The notes under the pieces are model-generated. The model was given only the letters and a program-made list of their open reading frames with translations, had not been told where the DNA came from and made no database searches. DNA of 64,000 bases from a virus, in the IMG/VR virus record IMGVR_UViG_3300025896_001356, positions 13,161-77,160 of that record. One strand, written 5' to 3'. Made by a program: the position numbers and the translations under genes. Below are positions 20,207 to 29,417 of the stretch, one piece after another. Within the stretch, counting starts at the first letter, position 1. Every line of letters begins with the position of its first letter.

Positions 20207-20267
20207 GTCCTTGTTAATCCGCAATATGGTCAAAACGGAATTTTTGATTAAACAGTTATACTAGATA

Positions 20268-20840
20268 ATGATAATTAAATGTATGTTAACATATCTTACT
20301 TTGGCCACTTCAAATCTTATCCGCCACCATATTCCAGTATATCCAGATTGGCCAAAAACTGGAGTCAAATATCTTAACACAGTCGAGCTTTGCCAAAACC
20401 CAAGTGCATTTGATCTAAGTGTGCAATGGTTTAAAGCAGTCGCCGAAACATGTAATGCACAAGATATTTTTGCTGCAGATGCTCGTGGGTTCATTTGGGG
20501 TGCACCAACTGCAAACCATTGTAAACTACCGTTGCATGTAGTAAGAAAACCAGGAAAACTTCCGGGAAATGTGTGGAGCCAGACTTACGAACTCGAGTAT
20601 GGTACAGATACATTGGAGTTGCTGTCATCTACTCCAGTAGGCAATCGTCAGATACTAATTGTAGATGATGTACTAGCAACTGGAGGCACAGCAGATGCAA
20701 TTTGCAAATTGTTGCATAACAATTTAAATATTCCGTACACGTCAATGAGCGTGGCTGTATTAGTCAATCTAACATTTTTATCTGGTCAACAAATGTTAGA
20801 AGAAAAAGGTATTCAAGTATTTGGATTATTAAATGAGTGA
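20268..20840 (+). CDS. apt: Adenine phosphoribosyltransferase
   Basis: PDWPKTGV, DARGF, RKPGKLPG, LEYG, IVDDVLATGGT. Confidence 0.92.
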   Translation: MIIKCMLTYLTLATSNLIRHHIPVYPDWPKTGVKYLNTVELCQNPSAFDLSVQWFKAVAETCNAQDIFAADARGFIWGAPTANHCKLPLHVVRKPGKLPGNVWSQTYELEYGTDTLELLSSTPVGNRQILIVDDVLATGGTADAICKLLHNNLNIPYTSMSVAVLVNLTFLSGQQMLEEKGIQVFGLLNE

Positions 20841-21384
20841 TATAATTGTATTTGCACTAGAAGCTGAAGCTCCTAACCTGTTTAAAGAATATGCAAATGT
20901 TTACTGCATTGGTGTAGGTAAAGTAAATTCTGCAATCCAAACTGTACGGCTATGTAATACCTATCAACCTGATCGTATTATTAATTTAGGCACAGCAGGC
21001 GGCATTAGATTAGGCACAGGCATACATCGTATCAACACAGTCTGGCAACACGATATAAACTTAATGGCACTTGGCATGCGCCCAGGTATACATTTTAATG
21101 ATCCCGAAAGCATGATAATTATGCCTGGTCCAGGAAAGACATGTGCGTCTGGTGATATCTTTATTATAGAACCCGAGAAGCTTCGCGTAGAATGTGACGT
21201 GGTTGACATGGAAGCATACAGTGTGGCCAAGGTAGCAAACCGCCTGGGCCTTGGTATTGAAATATGGAAATACATCAGTGACCCTGCAGATGCCAGCGCA
21301 GGCAAAACTTGGCAAGAACAAGTAGCAGCAGGTGAACCGTTTTATAGAAAAGTGTTGGAACAACTTGGAGCAAAATTAAAATGA
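20833..21384 (+). CDS. MTA/SAH nucleosidase-like (PNP_UDP fold)
   Basis: GVGKVNSA, INLGTAG, SGD.F, VDMEAY, KYISD. Confidence 0.85.
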   Translation: MSDIIVFALEAEAPNLFKEYANVYCIGVGKVNSAIQTVRLCNTYQPDRIINLGTAGGIRLGTGIHRINTVWQHDINLMALGMRPGIHFNDPESMIIMPGPGKTCASGDIFIIEPEKLRVECDVVDMEAYSVAKVANRLGLGIEIWKYISDPADASAGKTWQEQVAAGEPFYRKVLEQLGAKLK

Positions 21385-21983
21385 GTGCAGCAACGGGCTT
21401 TGCAGAAATGTTTGAATGGGCAGACGGAAACCCAACAAATGAAGACCGTGGTGGCAAAACAGTTGTCCTCATTGGTGATAAAATTGTAGAATTTAATCGC
21501 AGTTCGACTACTACAAAAGACACAGATATTATCGGAGTAGTTGGTGGTGATAATACTGCTGTTGCTGCAATTAGTAATGCAAGCCCAATGGAATGGCACG
21601 GAAAGCATTTACGCGATCCGCTTAACCGTTTACTATGGGAATCACAAAGCATGGTTGAATGGATAGTAGATGGCTACAGACATTGGTACGAAGCAGATCG
21701 TATTCCTGCTGGCATTGTGGTACCGTTGAATGCAACTTACTATCACGATACTTGGAACGGACATAAGTTGCATCGAGAAATTCTAAGCGAAGAATTTAAA
21801 AATCCTAGCAAAGTTGTTGGTCAGTATCATCCACGATGGGAACGACCAAATTGGGGAATCGTAATATTATTAGGCCGTGCACCAATTAGAGATAGTAGCG
21901 TATGCAATCCAAATTGGAAACGGTTACATGATATAACAGGAACAGTTGACGGCGAAAGTATTTCAGAGTGGTTGGTTCGCTAA
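21381..21983 (+). CDS. Stand-alone peptidase G2 / intramolecular-chaperone-like domain
   Basis: FAEMFEWADGN...IIGVV...YHPRWERPNWGIVILLG. Confidence 0.7.
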   Translation: MSAATGFAEMFEWADGNPTNEDRGGKTVVLIGDKIVEFNRSSTTTKDTDIIGVVGGDNTAVAAISNASPMEWHGKHLRDPLNRLLWESQSMVEWIVDGYRHWYEADRIPAGIVVPLNATYYHDTWNGHKLHREILSEEFKNPSKVVGQYHPRWERPNWGIVILLGRAPIRDSSVCNPNWKRLHDITGTVDGESISEWLVR

Positions 21984-22029
21984 TACTCAAAATTATCAAC
22001 ATAAATTATTAACTCACTAAGGAACTAAA

Positions 22030-22203
22030 ATGGCAGGCAAAGCAAAATCAATCTATCTCACAGTACTTCCAAAAGGTAGTCATAAAAGCATCTTTAAAAA
22101 AATGTTCTTTGAAGCGAAAACATATAATGAATATGTAAAGAGTGAAGAGTTTAAGACACAATATCCAGTGACTGAATTCGATATTGTCAAGGAGACATAT
22201 TGA
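22030..22203 (+). CDS. Hypothetical 57-aa protein (not in ORF track)
   Basis: AAGGA RBS; MAGKAKSIYLTV...IVKETY. Confidence 0.65.
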   Translation: MAGKAKSIYLTVLPKGSHKSIFKKMFFEAKTYNEYVKSEEFKTQYPVTEFDIVKETY

Positions 22204-22215
22204 GTTAAATACACA

Positions 22216-23061
22216 ATGCAAGTAAAAAACATATACGAGAAGTGGGGTACAGAGTTCACTGACATAAGTGACTTATTTGAGCAAGATCCGCACGAATTAC
22301 GAAGATTACTTTACGATCGTAAGATGCTGGTATTCCATGCTCCTAATTGGGATAAGCTAACATATTGGAAATTCCTTGCACTTTGGGGTAAACCATGGGG
22401 TCGTGATGCATACATTTCAAGCCGTGAACGCTGGGAATATGTACCTAGCGGAGACGGGCAACATCGCTTTATGACTTCGATGAGCAATAAATTATCTAAG
22501 CGATTACAAGATTTTAAAATGCCTTGGCATTCAGACATTGCCAATCGAGTAGACGGTGGCATTCAGTTCCCGCATCGTTGCATTTACATGAAGACAGTAC
22601 CTAATCCTCTTGCAGGATTTACTTACTGGATGGATATGGAGATTGCATATCCAGAAGTGCATCCAACCTTACGCAAGCGTTGGGAAGCACGTACAATTAT
22701 TCAACAAAATTGGCATGCGCCAGGCAACAATATTATTGAATGGCCAAGCATGAAACAACATCCAATTACCAAACGCTGGAGTCCACGTTGCAACTATCAT
22801 GGCATTGCAGATAGCTGGATTCTAGATACCAAAGACGCCAGCGGTAACAGCATGGGTACTGGTATTGTTGAAGAACTAATGGAAGCAATGGCAGAAATCC
22901 CAGAGTGTGTGTACGAACAGAAATGGGCGCCAAATGACATTGTCCTTTATGACAATTGGCCGTTTGTACATAGACGAACCGCTCCAGACCTAAAAGAAGG
23001 TGAAGAGCGGTTGATGTGGCGTGCTAACATCGATCACGACATTAGCTTAGTACAAGATTAA
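22216..23061 (+). CDS. TauD/TfdA-family 2OG dioxygenase
   Basis: WHSD, T.W.DM, WAPNDIVLYDNWPFVHRR, RLMWR. Confidence 0.85.
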   Translation: MQVKNIYEKWGTEFTDISDLFEQDPHELRRLLYDRKMLVFHAPNWDKLTYWKFLALWGKPWGRDAYISSRERWEYVPSGDGQHRFMTSMSNKLSKRLQDFKMPWHSDIANRVDGGIQFPHRCIYMKTVPNPLAGFTYWMDMEIAYPEVHPTLRKRWEARTIIQQNWHAPGNNIIEWPSMKQHPITKRWSPRCNYHGIADSWILDTKDASGNSMGTGIVEELMEAMAEIPECVYEQKWAPNDIVLYDNWPFVHRRTAPDLKEGEERLMWRANIDHDISLVQD

Positions 23062-23621
23062 GATTCTAGTTCAGCATCCCAATACAAGTAATCCCTCCAA
23101 GTTTCATGCAAATCTGTATGCTTGCGAGGGATTTTCTTTCCACTTGCATAAAGGTCCCATGCACTTGGTGCAACTGGTTTCTTCAAAAGATTCATGCGAG
23201 CCTCGTGAACCAGCTTTGAACCCTTGCGATGATTACATGGGCCACAGGCAGCAACAACGTTGGTCCATGAACTAACACCTCCGGCTGCACGTGGGATAAC
23301 GTGGTCAAAGGTCAGTTGCTTGGTTTCAAATTCTTTTGCACAATATTGGCAGGTAAACTGGTCCCGCAGGTAAACGTTGTAGCGACTAAACGTTGGTCGC
23401 TGGTCACGCTTAACGTAGTCCTTTAGGGCCACCACACTAGGAAGGCGCCAGATTTCTGTAGCACTATGGATATCAACTTCATACTCTGCTACCACGCTGA
23501 CACGCCCGGAAATAACTGCTTTAATAGCATCTTGCCAAGTGATTGTGCTCAACGGGTGCATCTGCACTGGTTGAAAATCTGCGTTAAGCAGAAGAGCTGG
23601 GTATTGTCCGTCGATGATCAT
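23058..23621 (-). CDS. HNH endonuclease (McrA-like)
   Basis: LLLNAD, RDQFTCQYC, TFDHVIPR, WTNVVAACGPCN. Confidence 0.92.
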   Translation of the reverse strand: MIIDGQYPALLLNADFQPVQMHPLSTITWQDAIKAVISGRVSVVAEYEVDIHSATEIWRLPSVVALKDYVKRDQRPTFSRYNVYLRDQFTCQYCAKEFETKQLTFDHVIPRAAGGVSSWTNVVAACGPCNHRKGSKLVHEARMNLLKKPVAPSAWDLYASGKKIPRKHTDLHETWRDYLYWDAELES

Positions 23622-23705
23622 GATTGTTTAACTTGTTAGTTTACTTATCTACGTATTGTACACGGATTTATGTACTTGAGCAACATATATTAGAATATTT
23701 TCTAG

Positions 23706-23734
23706 TTGACAACTGACTCAAACTACGTTATAAT
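23706..23734 (+). promoter_or_regulatory. sigma70 consensus promoter
   Basis: TTGACA-17-TATAAT. Confidence 0.8.
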
Positions 23735-23762
23735 ACGCACATGACAACAATCTTAGGATATC

Positions 23763-24038
23763 ATGCTTAAAACTTTTGCGTTGCAGAATAGACCGTTTGC
23801 AATCTTTGATGCAGCGAACCTCGAACATCGAAAAGCATTTCAGAAATTTCGAACTACCATGTCCTGGGCACAATGCCCTGTGCAATGGATCTTAGATGAT
23901 GATTCCTCAGATATTGTGTATAACATTTCTAAGAAACTTGTAGCACATTATATGTCCCTTGAGTTTGTTGTAAAAAAACCACGGATTGTACGTAAAAACA
24001 AGCCAAAAACTGTCACAAAACTTAAAAAAATGGCGTAA
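23763..24038 (+). CDS. Hypothetical protein
   Basis: AGGA RBS after a promoter. Confidence 0.6.
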   Translation: MLKTFALQNRPFAIFDAANLEHRKAFQKFRTTMSWAQCPVQWILDDDSSDIVYNISKKLVAHYMSLEFVVKKPRIVRKNKPKTVTKLKKMA

Positions 24039-24043
24039 AACGG

Positions 24044-24072
24044 TTGACAATAGGCTCAACTTGCGCTATAAT
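24044..24072 (+). promoter_or_regulatory. sigma70 consensus promoter (cassette family)
   Basis: AAAACGGTTGACA-17-TATAAT, then the ACATAGACAGCAA leader also seen near 17390. Confidence 0.85.
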
Positions 24073-24104
24073 ATACACATAGACAGCAACAAACAGGACT
24101 TAAA

Positions 24105-24446
24105 ATGAAAGTTTGCATCACTACACAGTACATGGAAAATTATGGTGCGCATGATTGGGACGGTACAGGTGAGTGCCCGCAGTACTGGAAAATGAAGGGC
24201 GGCGAGGAGTACTTTTTGCCCTTGGACGGTTTTAATCCTGCCCATGAGTTTGCAGAGAAGAATCTGCAGATGATTGTGGACAGTGTTCGTGATCAGGTTG
24301 AGTGGAACGAGGCTTGGAGCCGTCAGTACATTGTGGGTTATGTGATTGTGGAAGATGACTACATGACCGAGTTTGAATGCAGCCAGTTGGAATACGATGG
24401 TGAGATTCGTTTCCCTGCAAAAGTGCTAGAAGAAGGTGTTGTTTAA
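24105..24446 (+). CDS. Conserved-style hypothetical phage protein
   Basis: TQYMENYGAHDWDG.GECPQYWK.KGG. Confidence 0.7.
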   Translation: MKVCITTQYMENYGAHDWDGTGECPQYWKMKGGEEYFLPLDGFNPAHEFAEKNLQMIVDSVRDQVEWNEAWSRQYIVGYVIVEDDYMTEFECSQLEYDGEIRFPAKVLEEGVV

Positions 24447-24498
24447 AAACAACACAATAACCCATCAGGTTGACAGGTTATCGATTCGGTGTTATAAT
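24436..24498 (+). promoter_or_regulatory. Early promoter cassette copy (GTGTTG-N8-CAACAC plus sigma70 promoter)
   Basis: Inverted repeat 24436-24455, TTGACA 24470, TATAAT 24493. Confidence 0.85.
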
Positions 24499-24526
24499 TA
24501 ATACTTAAACAGCAAACGGAGCTATT

Positions 24527-24811
24527 ATGAATATCCAGGAAATCAACAAAGCAATCATGTTTGGCACTTTCACCAATACCGAGCTGACCAGCATTGGTGA
24601 TGCTATCCGTTGGAATCGTGCGCAACTTGGCAAGCAGACCAAACGTTCTATTACCATTGGTTGCACTGTAAAATTTACTGATCCCAGAAGCGGTGTTGTT
24701 TATCAAGGCACTGTTAACAAAATCAAAATCAAGAACATCTTGGTCAACTGCTCTGCATACGGACGCGGTGGACTTGTAAATGTGCCAGCTAACATGCTCG
24801 AGGTGGCATAA
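24527..24811 (+). CDS. Hypothetical SH3-like small protein
   Basis: GGAG RBS; beta-rich C-terminus. Confidence 0.65.
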   Translation: MNIQEINKAIMFGTFTNTELTSIGDAIRWNRAQLGKQTKRSITIGCTVKFTDPRSGVVYQGTVNKIKIKNILVNCSAYGRGGLVNVPANMLEVA

Positions 24812-25023
24812 TGGAAAAACTTATCCTTGCGCTGGCCGCAATTGTTATTGGTATCGCTGGTGTAATGTTTCTCAGCTTCTTGCTGAGTTGGCCCGTGTTC
24901 ATGCTGTGGAACGGTTGCTTGGTTGGCGCAGTCGCAGGTGTTGCTGAAGTAACTTGGTTGCAGGCCTGGGGCCTGACTATACTATGTGGCTTCTTATTCA
25001 AGACTTCAGTGAGCAAATCATAA
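24811..25023 (+). CDS. Small membrane protein
   Basis: Two hydrophobic segments; TWLQAWGL. Confidence 0.65.
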   Translation: MEKLILALAAIVIGIAGVMFLSFLLSWPVFMLWNGCLVGAVAGVAEVTWLQAWGLTILCGFLFKTSVSKS

Positions 25024-25177
25024 TGCAAAATGTTAACATGATGCAACTTATGCAACGGTGCATGGCACGTCTAGAAGTAGATATCTCTTCTGAGGAACGC
25101 ATTAAGGTTCTCAAAGTGTTGGCAAGTACTGCTACCATGCTGGTGGAAAATTTAGAAACTATTGTTGAGGTGGCGTA

Positions 25178-25366
25178 ATGGATCCGAAACCAACTCCTGA
25201 CTATTCACAGAAATACCAGATGACGTACCGTGTTATCCGGGCTGATCAAATTAACGATTTTCTAAATGAACTTGCTGACATGCAACAGGTTTATTTTGAG
25301 GAAGCAATTGAAGCATCACAATACAAAGATGCAAAAGAAGTTATCAATCACATCCGTTCACTATAA
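25178..25366 (+). CDS. Hypothetical protein
   Basis: TAATG overlap and GAGG RBS. Confidence 0.55.
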   Translation: MDPKPTPDYSQKYQMTYRVIRADQINDFLNELADMQQVYFEEAIEASQYKDAKEVINHIRSL

Positions 25367-25607
25367 AGAAAACCTTATGACCACCGCCCGCGAAAAAAAT
25401 ACTGCCCATGATCAACGCCAAGTAACTCGACCCAAAGCGGTCCATTACGACTTTACTGCACTTACTCAGGTGATGAAGGCGTGGTATAATCAGGAAATTT
25501 ATTCCCCGTATTCTGCATAATCATGGCTGGATTATTTGGATTCTTTGCACTGCTTTGCACTGGTCATCCTATACTGGCACTGGTCTTTTTGATACTTTGC
25601 TTATAAG

Positions 25608-25675
25608 ATGTTGCTAAAATACAACACAAAATAGTCTGAAAAACGGTTGACAGCAGGCTCAAGCCGTGTTATAAT
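25608..25675 (+). promoter_or_regulatory. Early promoter cassette copy 2
   Basis: 50-bp exact repeat of 17318-17367; TTGACA 25647, TATAAT 25670. Confidence 0.85.
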
Positions 25676-25704
25676 TATTACTTAAACAGCAAAAAGGAAT
25701 TAAT

Positions 25705-26847
25705 ATGTTGCCAGTGTATCAAGATGTAGTTCGTAAGCCAAATATTCTTAAAAATCGCAATCCTTTAAAGAACACAATTGCAACAGTTATTAGTCTAGGT
25801 AACCGCCTTACTGATCTGAACACTTCCAAGGAATGGAAAGCTCTTATTAAAGAGTATAAGGCAAATGCAATTGTGCTTGATCCAACACTGCGACCAAAGG
25901 TAATGATGGTCAAGCTAGGTAAGCTGACCATCGACGAAGATATCCAACGTGCGCTCGACGTCAAACATTGTGCAAAGAAAATTGCCGCAACTGGTACATT
26001 TGATCCACGCTTGTTGCAAGTAGTATATTGTGTTAAGACCCCGGGCAAAGATGAATTTTGCGCTGTAGATGGTCAGCACACTGCGGCAACTATTGCCGGG
26101 CTTGTTGATGCAGGATTGTTTGTAGGCGAAACCGATTGGCGCGAAGTTGAAGTTGCAGTTCTGTATGTCGAAACAACCAGCAAAGCGTTTGCTCGTAAAG
26201 CGTTTGCACTGATTAATGGCAAAGGCAAAAAGAAAGTTAGCCCTTGGTATGAGCACCGTACCAAAGTAATGAGCGTTCGTATTGATGGCTCAACTGATGA
26301 AGATGATGTGTCTGCAGAACAAAAGCAACAAATTTGCGAAAAGTACGACTGCTATCCAGTTGATCTCGATAGTCAGTTTGTTGGCAAGCCTGGCACATTT
26401 ACACACATGGGCGCTCTTAACTTAGATGCAGAGACACTAGAATTGTGCTGTAAGTTTCATGACAAGTATTTTCATTATGATGCCATTGACGGCTCGTTGT
26501 GGTTTATGATGGCAGACATTGCTAAAGCATTCAAGGCAGCTAAAATTAAAATCACTGATAAGTTTCTCGGAGAACTTGCTGGAATTTTGCAAGGTTACTT
26601 TGCAGGCTTGTACGAGTTTCATGCTTCTGTGCATAAGGCACATAAGCTGTGGGGCGAACATACATACGGTTACGAAGTATCATGGGACGACGATTCTATT
26701 GCAGCCGTGCTAGTAATGCTGTATCGTAACTTGGGTGGTACTCAGCGTATTCCACAACCAATGTTGGATCGCTTTGCACAGATCCTAGATTTTGTTGATG
26801 ACGATATTAAAGAATTGTACAACAACACTACCTTATTGGCTGCATAA
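25705..26847 (+). CDS. ParB/DndB-like DGQH-motif protein
   Basis: IDEDIQR...VDGQHT. Confidence 0.65.
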   Translation: MLPVYQDVVRKPNILKNRNPLKNTIATVISLGNRLTDLNTSKEWKALIKEYKANAIVLDPTLRPKVMMVKLGKLTIDEDIQRALDVKHCAKKIAATGTFDPRLLQVVYCVKTPGKDEFCAVDGQHTAATIAGLVDAGLFVGETDWREVEVAVLYVETTSKAFARKAFALINGKGKKKVSPWYEHRTKVMSVRIDGSTDEDDVSAEQKQQICEKYDCYPVDLDSQFVGKPGTFTHMGALNLDAETLELCCKFHDKYFHYDAIDGSLWFMMADIAKAFKAAKIKITDKFLGELAGILQGYFAGLYEFHASVHKAHKLWGEHTYGYEVSWDDDSIAAVLVMLYRNLGGTQRIPQPMLDRFAQILDFVDDDIKELYNNTTLLAA

Positions 26848-27155
26848 TGTTTTTCTATATACTCCCTGGGCCGTTCCGTTTAGGATTTGGTATCACTGGT
26901 AATCACGAGCGGCGTGCAAAAGACTATACAGGCTCGTGGGGTGGTGAAGCTAAGTTTGCATATCTGTTTGAAGGACCAACACCGCATATTAAGAGGCTAG
27001 AGAACATTATCAAAACAATGCATACTGATATGCTATGGAAACTTGATGACTGGGAAACTGAATGGTTGGATAATAATTGGACTGCTGATCAGTTGCTTAA
27101 TTTTGTAAAAGATGTTATACTAGAACGACATTTAGCAATTAAACAAATACGATGA
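26847..27155 (+). CDS. Small GIY-YIG-like protein
   Basis: FFYI..GFGIT....RR..DY, later LE and TEW. Confidence 0.5.
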   Translation: MFFYILPGPFRLGFGITGNHERRAKDYTGSWGGEAKFAYLFEGPTPHIKRLENIIKTMHTDMLWKLDDWETEWLDNNWTADQLLNFVKDVILERHLAIKQIR

Positions 27156-27475
27156 TTAAAACTATATCCAGTCCTGATAGCATAATAAGCGTTGGCCTGT
27201 CGGGGCAAGGCGGACCTTACCATAGTGGCGCAGTTTATTGGGACGGTAACGCACAAAAGATGTTAGTGATCAATGGGGATGGTGTTAGACATGACATGCA
27301 CGGACAAGAAGCACATATTGTAGCAGGTCCAATGTTATCACATGTCATGTCTTGGGTGTATAAGAAAATGTCAGAAGAAGCAGAGTTGGACAAGTTATGC
27401 AAAGCATATCCAAACTTGGATGAGGCCCGCAAGGAGTTTGCAGTGTTGCATCGTTTGGTAAAGGACAATAAATGA
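27152..27475 (+). CDS. Hypothetical protein
   Basis: ATGA overlap. Confidence 0.6.
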   Translation: MIKTISSPDSIISVGLSGQGGPYHSGAVYWDGNAQKMLVINGDGVRHDMHGQEAHIVAGPMLSHVMSWVYKKMSEEAELDKLCKAYPNLDEARKEFAVLHRLVKDNK

Positions 27476-27702
27476 ACAGCGATAAATGTACAGTGAAGGC
27501 AGTTGCATCTGGTCGAGAGATGGATGCAGAAGTAATTGCATTTCACGAAAAACGAAACTTGACAGTTGCAATTAACAAGAGTGTTAAACTGTTAATGACC
27601 TGGAACGGTCGAATGTTTGAAGGCAAGGCAGCAGGTATGGACTTTGAAAGCAATGGTCCAAAAGTAGTCACTGAATATAAATCAATAAGGGGAAATCGAT
27701 GA
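27472..27702 (+). CDS. Hypothetical protein
   Basis: ATGA overlap. Confidence 0.6.
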   Translation: MNSDKCTVKAVASGREMDAEVIAFHEKRNLTVAINKSVKLLMTWNGRMFEGKAAGMDFESNGPKVVTEYKSIRGNR

Positions 27703-27995
27703 TTAACAAATTTGAAGGCACAGTTGAAGAACGCCGTGTTGTATTGGAAGCATTCTTCAAAGACAATGCAAACGTGGAAGTTACCTTTAAGAAGGTAGAT
27801 GGCGAAATTCGCACCATGCCTTGTACGCTGAACGAAGCACTGCTTCCTGTAGTAGTGCAAATTACACCAACTGAAGATACTCCGCGGCCACGTGCTAAAA
27901 AGTTTAACCCAACTGTAATGAGTGTGTTCTGCACTAACAAGCAAGAGTGGAGAAGCTTTCGAATTGAAAATTTGATTTCACTAAAGGCGATGTAA
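27699..27995 (+). CDS. WYL-like SH3 beta-barrel protein
   Basis: VTFKKVDGEIRTMPCTL...WRSFRIEN. Confidence 0.75.
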   Translation: MINKFEGTVEERRVVLEAFFKDNANVEVTFKKVDGEIRTMPCTLNEALLPVVVQITPTEDTPRPRAKKFNPTVMSVFCTNKQEWRSFRIENLISLKAM

Positions 27996-27996
27996 T

Positions 27997-28320
27997 ATGG
28001 ATGTAATCGACTTCTTGGTATTCCTGTGTGCAGGATTAGCAGCTCTGGCGATTGCATCATCTGTACTAAAGGCGTGGGTAAAGCGCCTGGAAAATAAACT
28101 TGAAGATACATTAGTTCATGCCGCTGTAAAAGAAGCATTAACAAGGATAATCTTTATTCGAGTTGAAGAACATGGTAATATGCAGTTTGCGTACAATGCA
28201 TTAACCTCAGAGTTTTTAGTGCAGGGTAAAGATGCTGCCGAACTTAATGTAAACTTTGGCAAGAACTTTCCAAAGTTCCAAGGTGTAATTGTTGAACCAG
28301 AGGAAACGCCAAATGTTTAA
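27997..28320 (+). CDS. Hypothetical protein with N-terminal TM
   Basis: Hydrophobic N-terminus; FLVQG. Confidence 0.6.
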   Translation: MDVIDFLVFLCAGLAALAIASSVLKAWVKRLENKLEDTLVHAAVKEALTRIIFIRVEEHGNMQFAYNALTSEFLVQGKDAAELNVNFGKNFPKFQGVIVEPEETPNV

Positions 28321-28497
28321 TGTTATTATACTTGCAAGTGTTGACAGCCGGCAATTGCTATTAATCCTTGGAGTTGATAATATTCCAATGTTGTCAGTGT
28401 ATGACGATCATGACGGACATACTCTTGTTCGCCCTTGCATATCAAATGTAGATAATCTCGCCTACGCATTGGGCGTACTTGAAAACGGAGAAATCTA

Positions 28498-28836
28498 ATG
28501 AGTACACAATGGATCGTTCTATTTGATAACGAAGGTCTCGACACCCTAGTTCCATATAGTGACATGGTAGAAGAACAAGTAATGTCTAGACTTTCTGGCG
28601 GCGAAATGAGTAGAGATGCACAACATACTATTTCACGAATCATGCTACGAGCACGTTTTAACGAACATCGGCATCCAGAAGTATGGGGCTATTCAACTGC
28701 TGATCATATGGAATACCAGGACATGCGAGACCTATGGGAAGCTAGTCCACAGTATATGGCTGACCTAATACGCAAAAGCGGTCAGCAATTGCACGGAACT
28801 AAACCGGGCCAGCAACGTGCCCCTGTTATTGTTTAG
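28498..28836 (+). CDS. Hypothetical protein
   Basis: GGAG RBS, TAATG overlap. Confidence 0.6.
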   Translation: MSTQWIVLFDNEGLDTLVPYSDMVEEQVMSRLSGGEMSRDAQHTISRIMLRARFNEHRHPEVWGYSTADHMEYQDMRDLWEASPQYMADLIRKSGQQLHGTKPGQQRAPVIV

Positions 28837-29383
28837 AACTTATAATTTCTAATAGCTCGGGACTTTGGAGAACTTCATTGTGTCCGTAGTCCAACACAAT
28901 TTCTGTGTGCGGTCCATACAGTTCGCGCTGACTTTCAACTGTAACAACACCGTCATTCTTTCCTACTGCAAATAGATCAAAGCCATGAGTAGTAACCACG
29001 TTGGTCCACGGCACTGGAGTTTCGAGCAATCTGGTTTGTGCAGTCCAAGGTTCGTGTCGTGTTAACATTTGCAACCATGGCACATTGATGTTAAACATTT
29101 TCCAAAAGCCTGCTTGGATAGATCCACCAAACGGTGTACCAATGCTCATACCACCAACCACCAACTCTGGATTCCGATTAGCAAGGTGCCACGCATAAAG
29201 TCCGCCCATTGAATGGCCAACAACAAAGCAAGGCTCGTCGAGTTCCTTTTCCATTGCTTCTAAATTCTTTTCTGGACTTGACATCATGCCCCACTCAAAT
29301 CTATCGTGGTTCTTAATAGATGAACCAATCCAATTCCAAGATATTTTGGATGCATTGGCCCCGTGGATTAAAATAATTTTCAT
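28826..29383 (-). CDS. Alpha/beta hydrolase (lipase/esterase)
   Basis: LIHGA, GHSMGG nucleophile elbow, NDGVV, GHNE. Start probably 29383. Confidence 0.88.
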   Translation of the reverse strand: MKIILIHGANASKISWNWIGSSIKNHDRFEWGMMSSPEKNLEAMEKELDEPCFVVGHSMGGLYAWHLANRNPELVVGGMSIGTPFGGSIQAGFWKMFNINVPWLQMLTRHEPWTAQTRLLETPVPWTNVVTTHGFDLFAVGKNDGVVTVESQRELYGPHTEIVLDYGHNEVLQSPELLEIISSKQ

Positions 29384-29413
29384 TGACTTTTCCTTAAACA
29401 AGTGTTATACTTA
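29383..29413. promoter_or_regulatory. Overlapping divergent promoters
   Basis: + strand TTGACT-17-TATACT (leaderless ATG 29418). - strand TAAGTA at 29408-29413. Confidence 0.65.
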
Positions 29414-29417
29414 TCGT

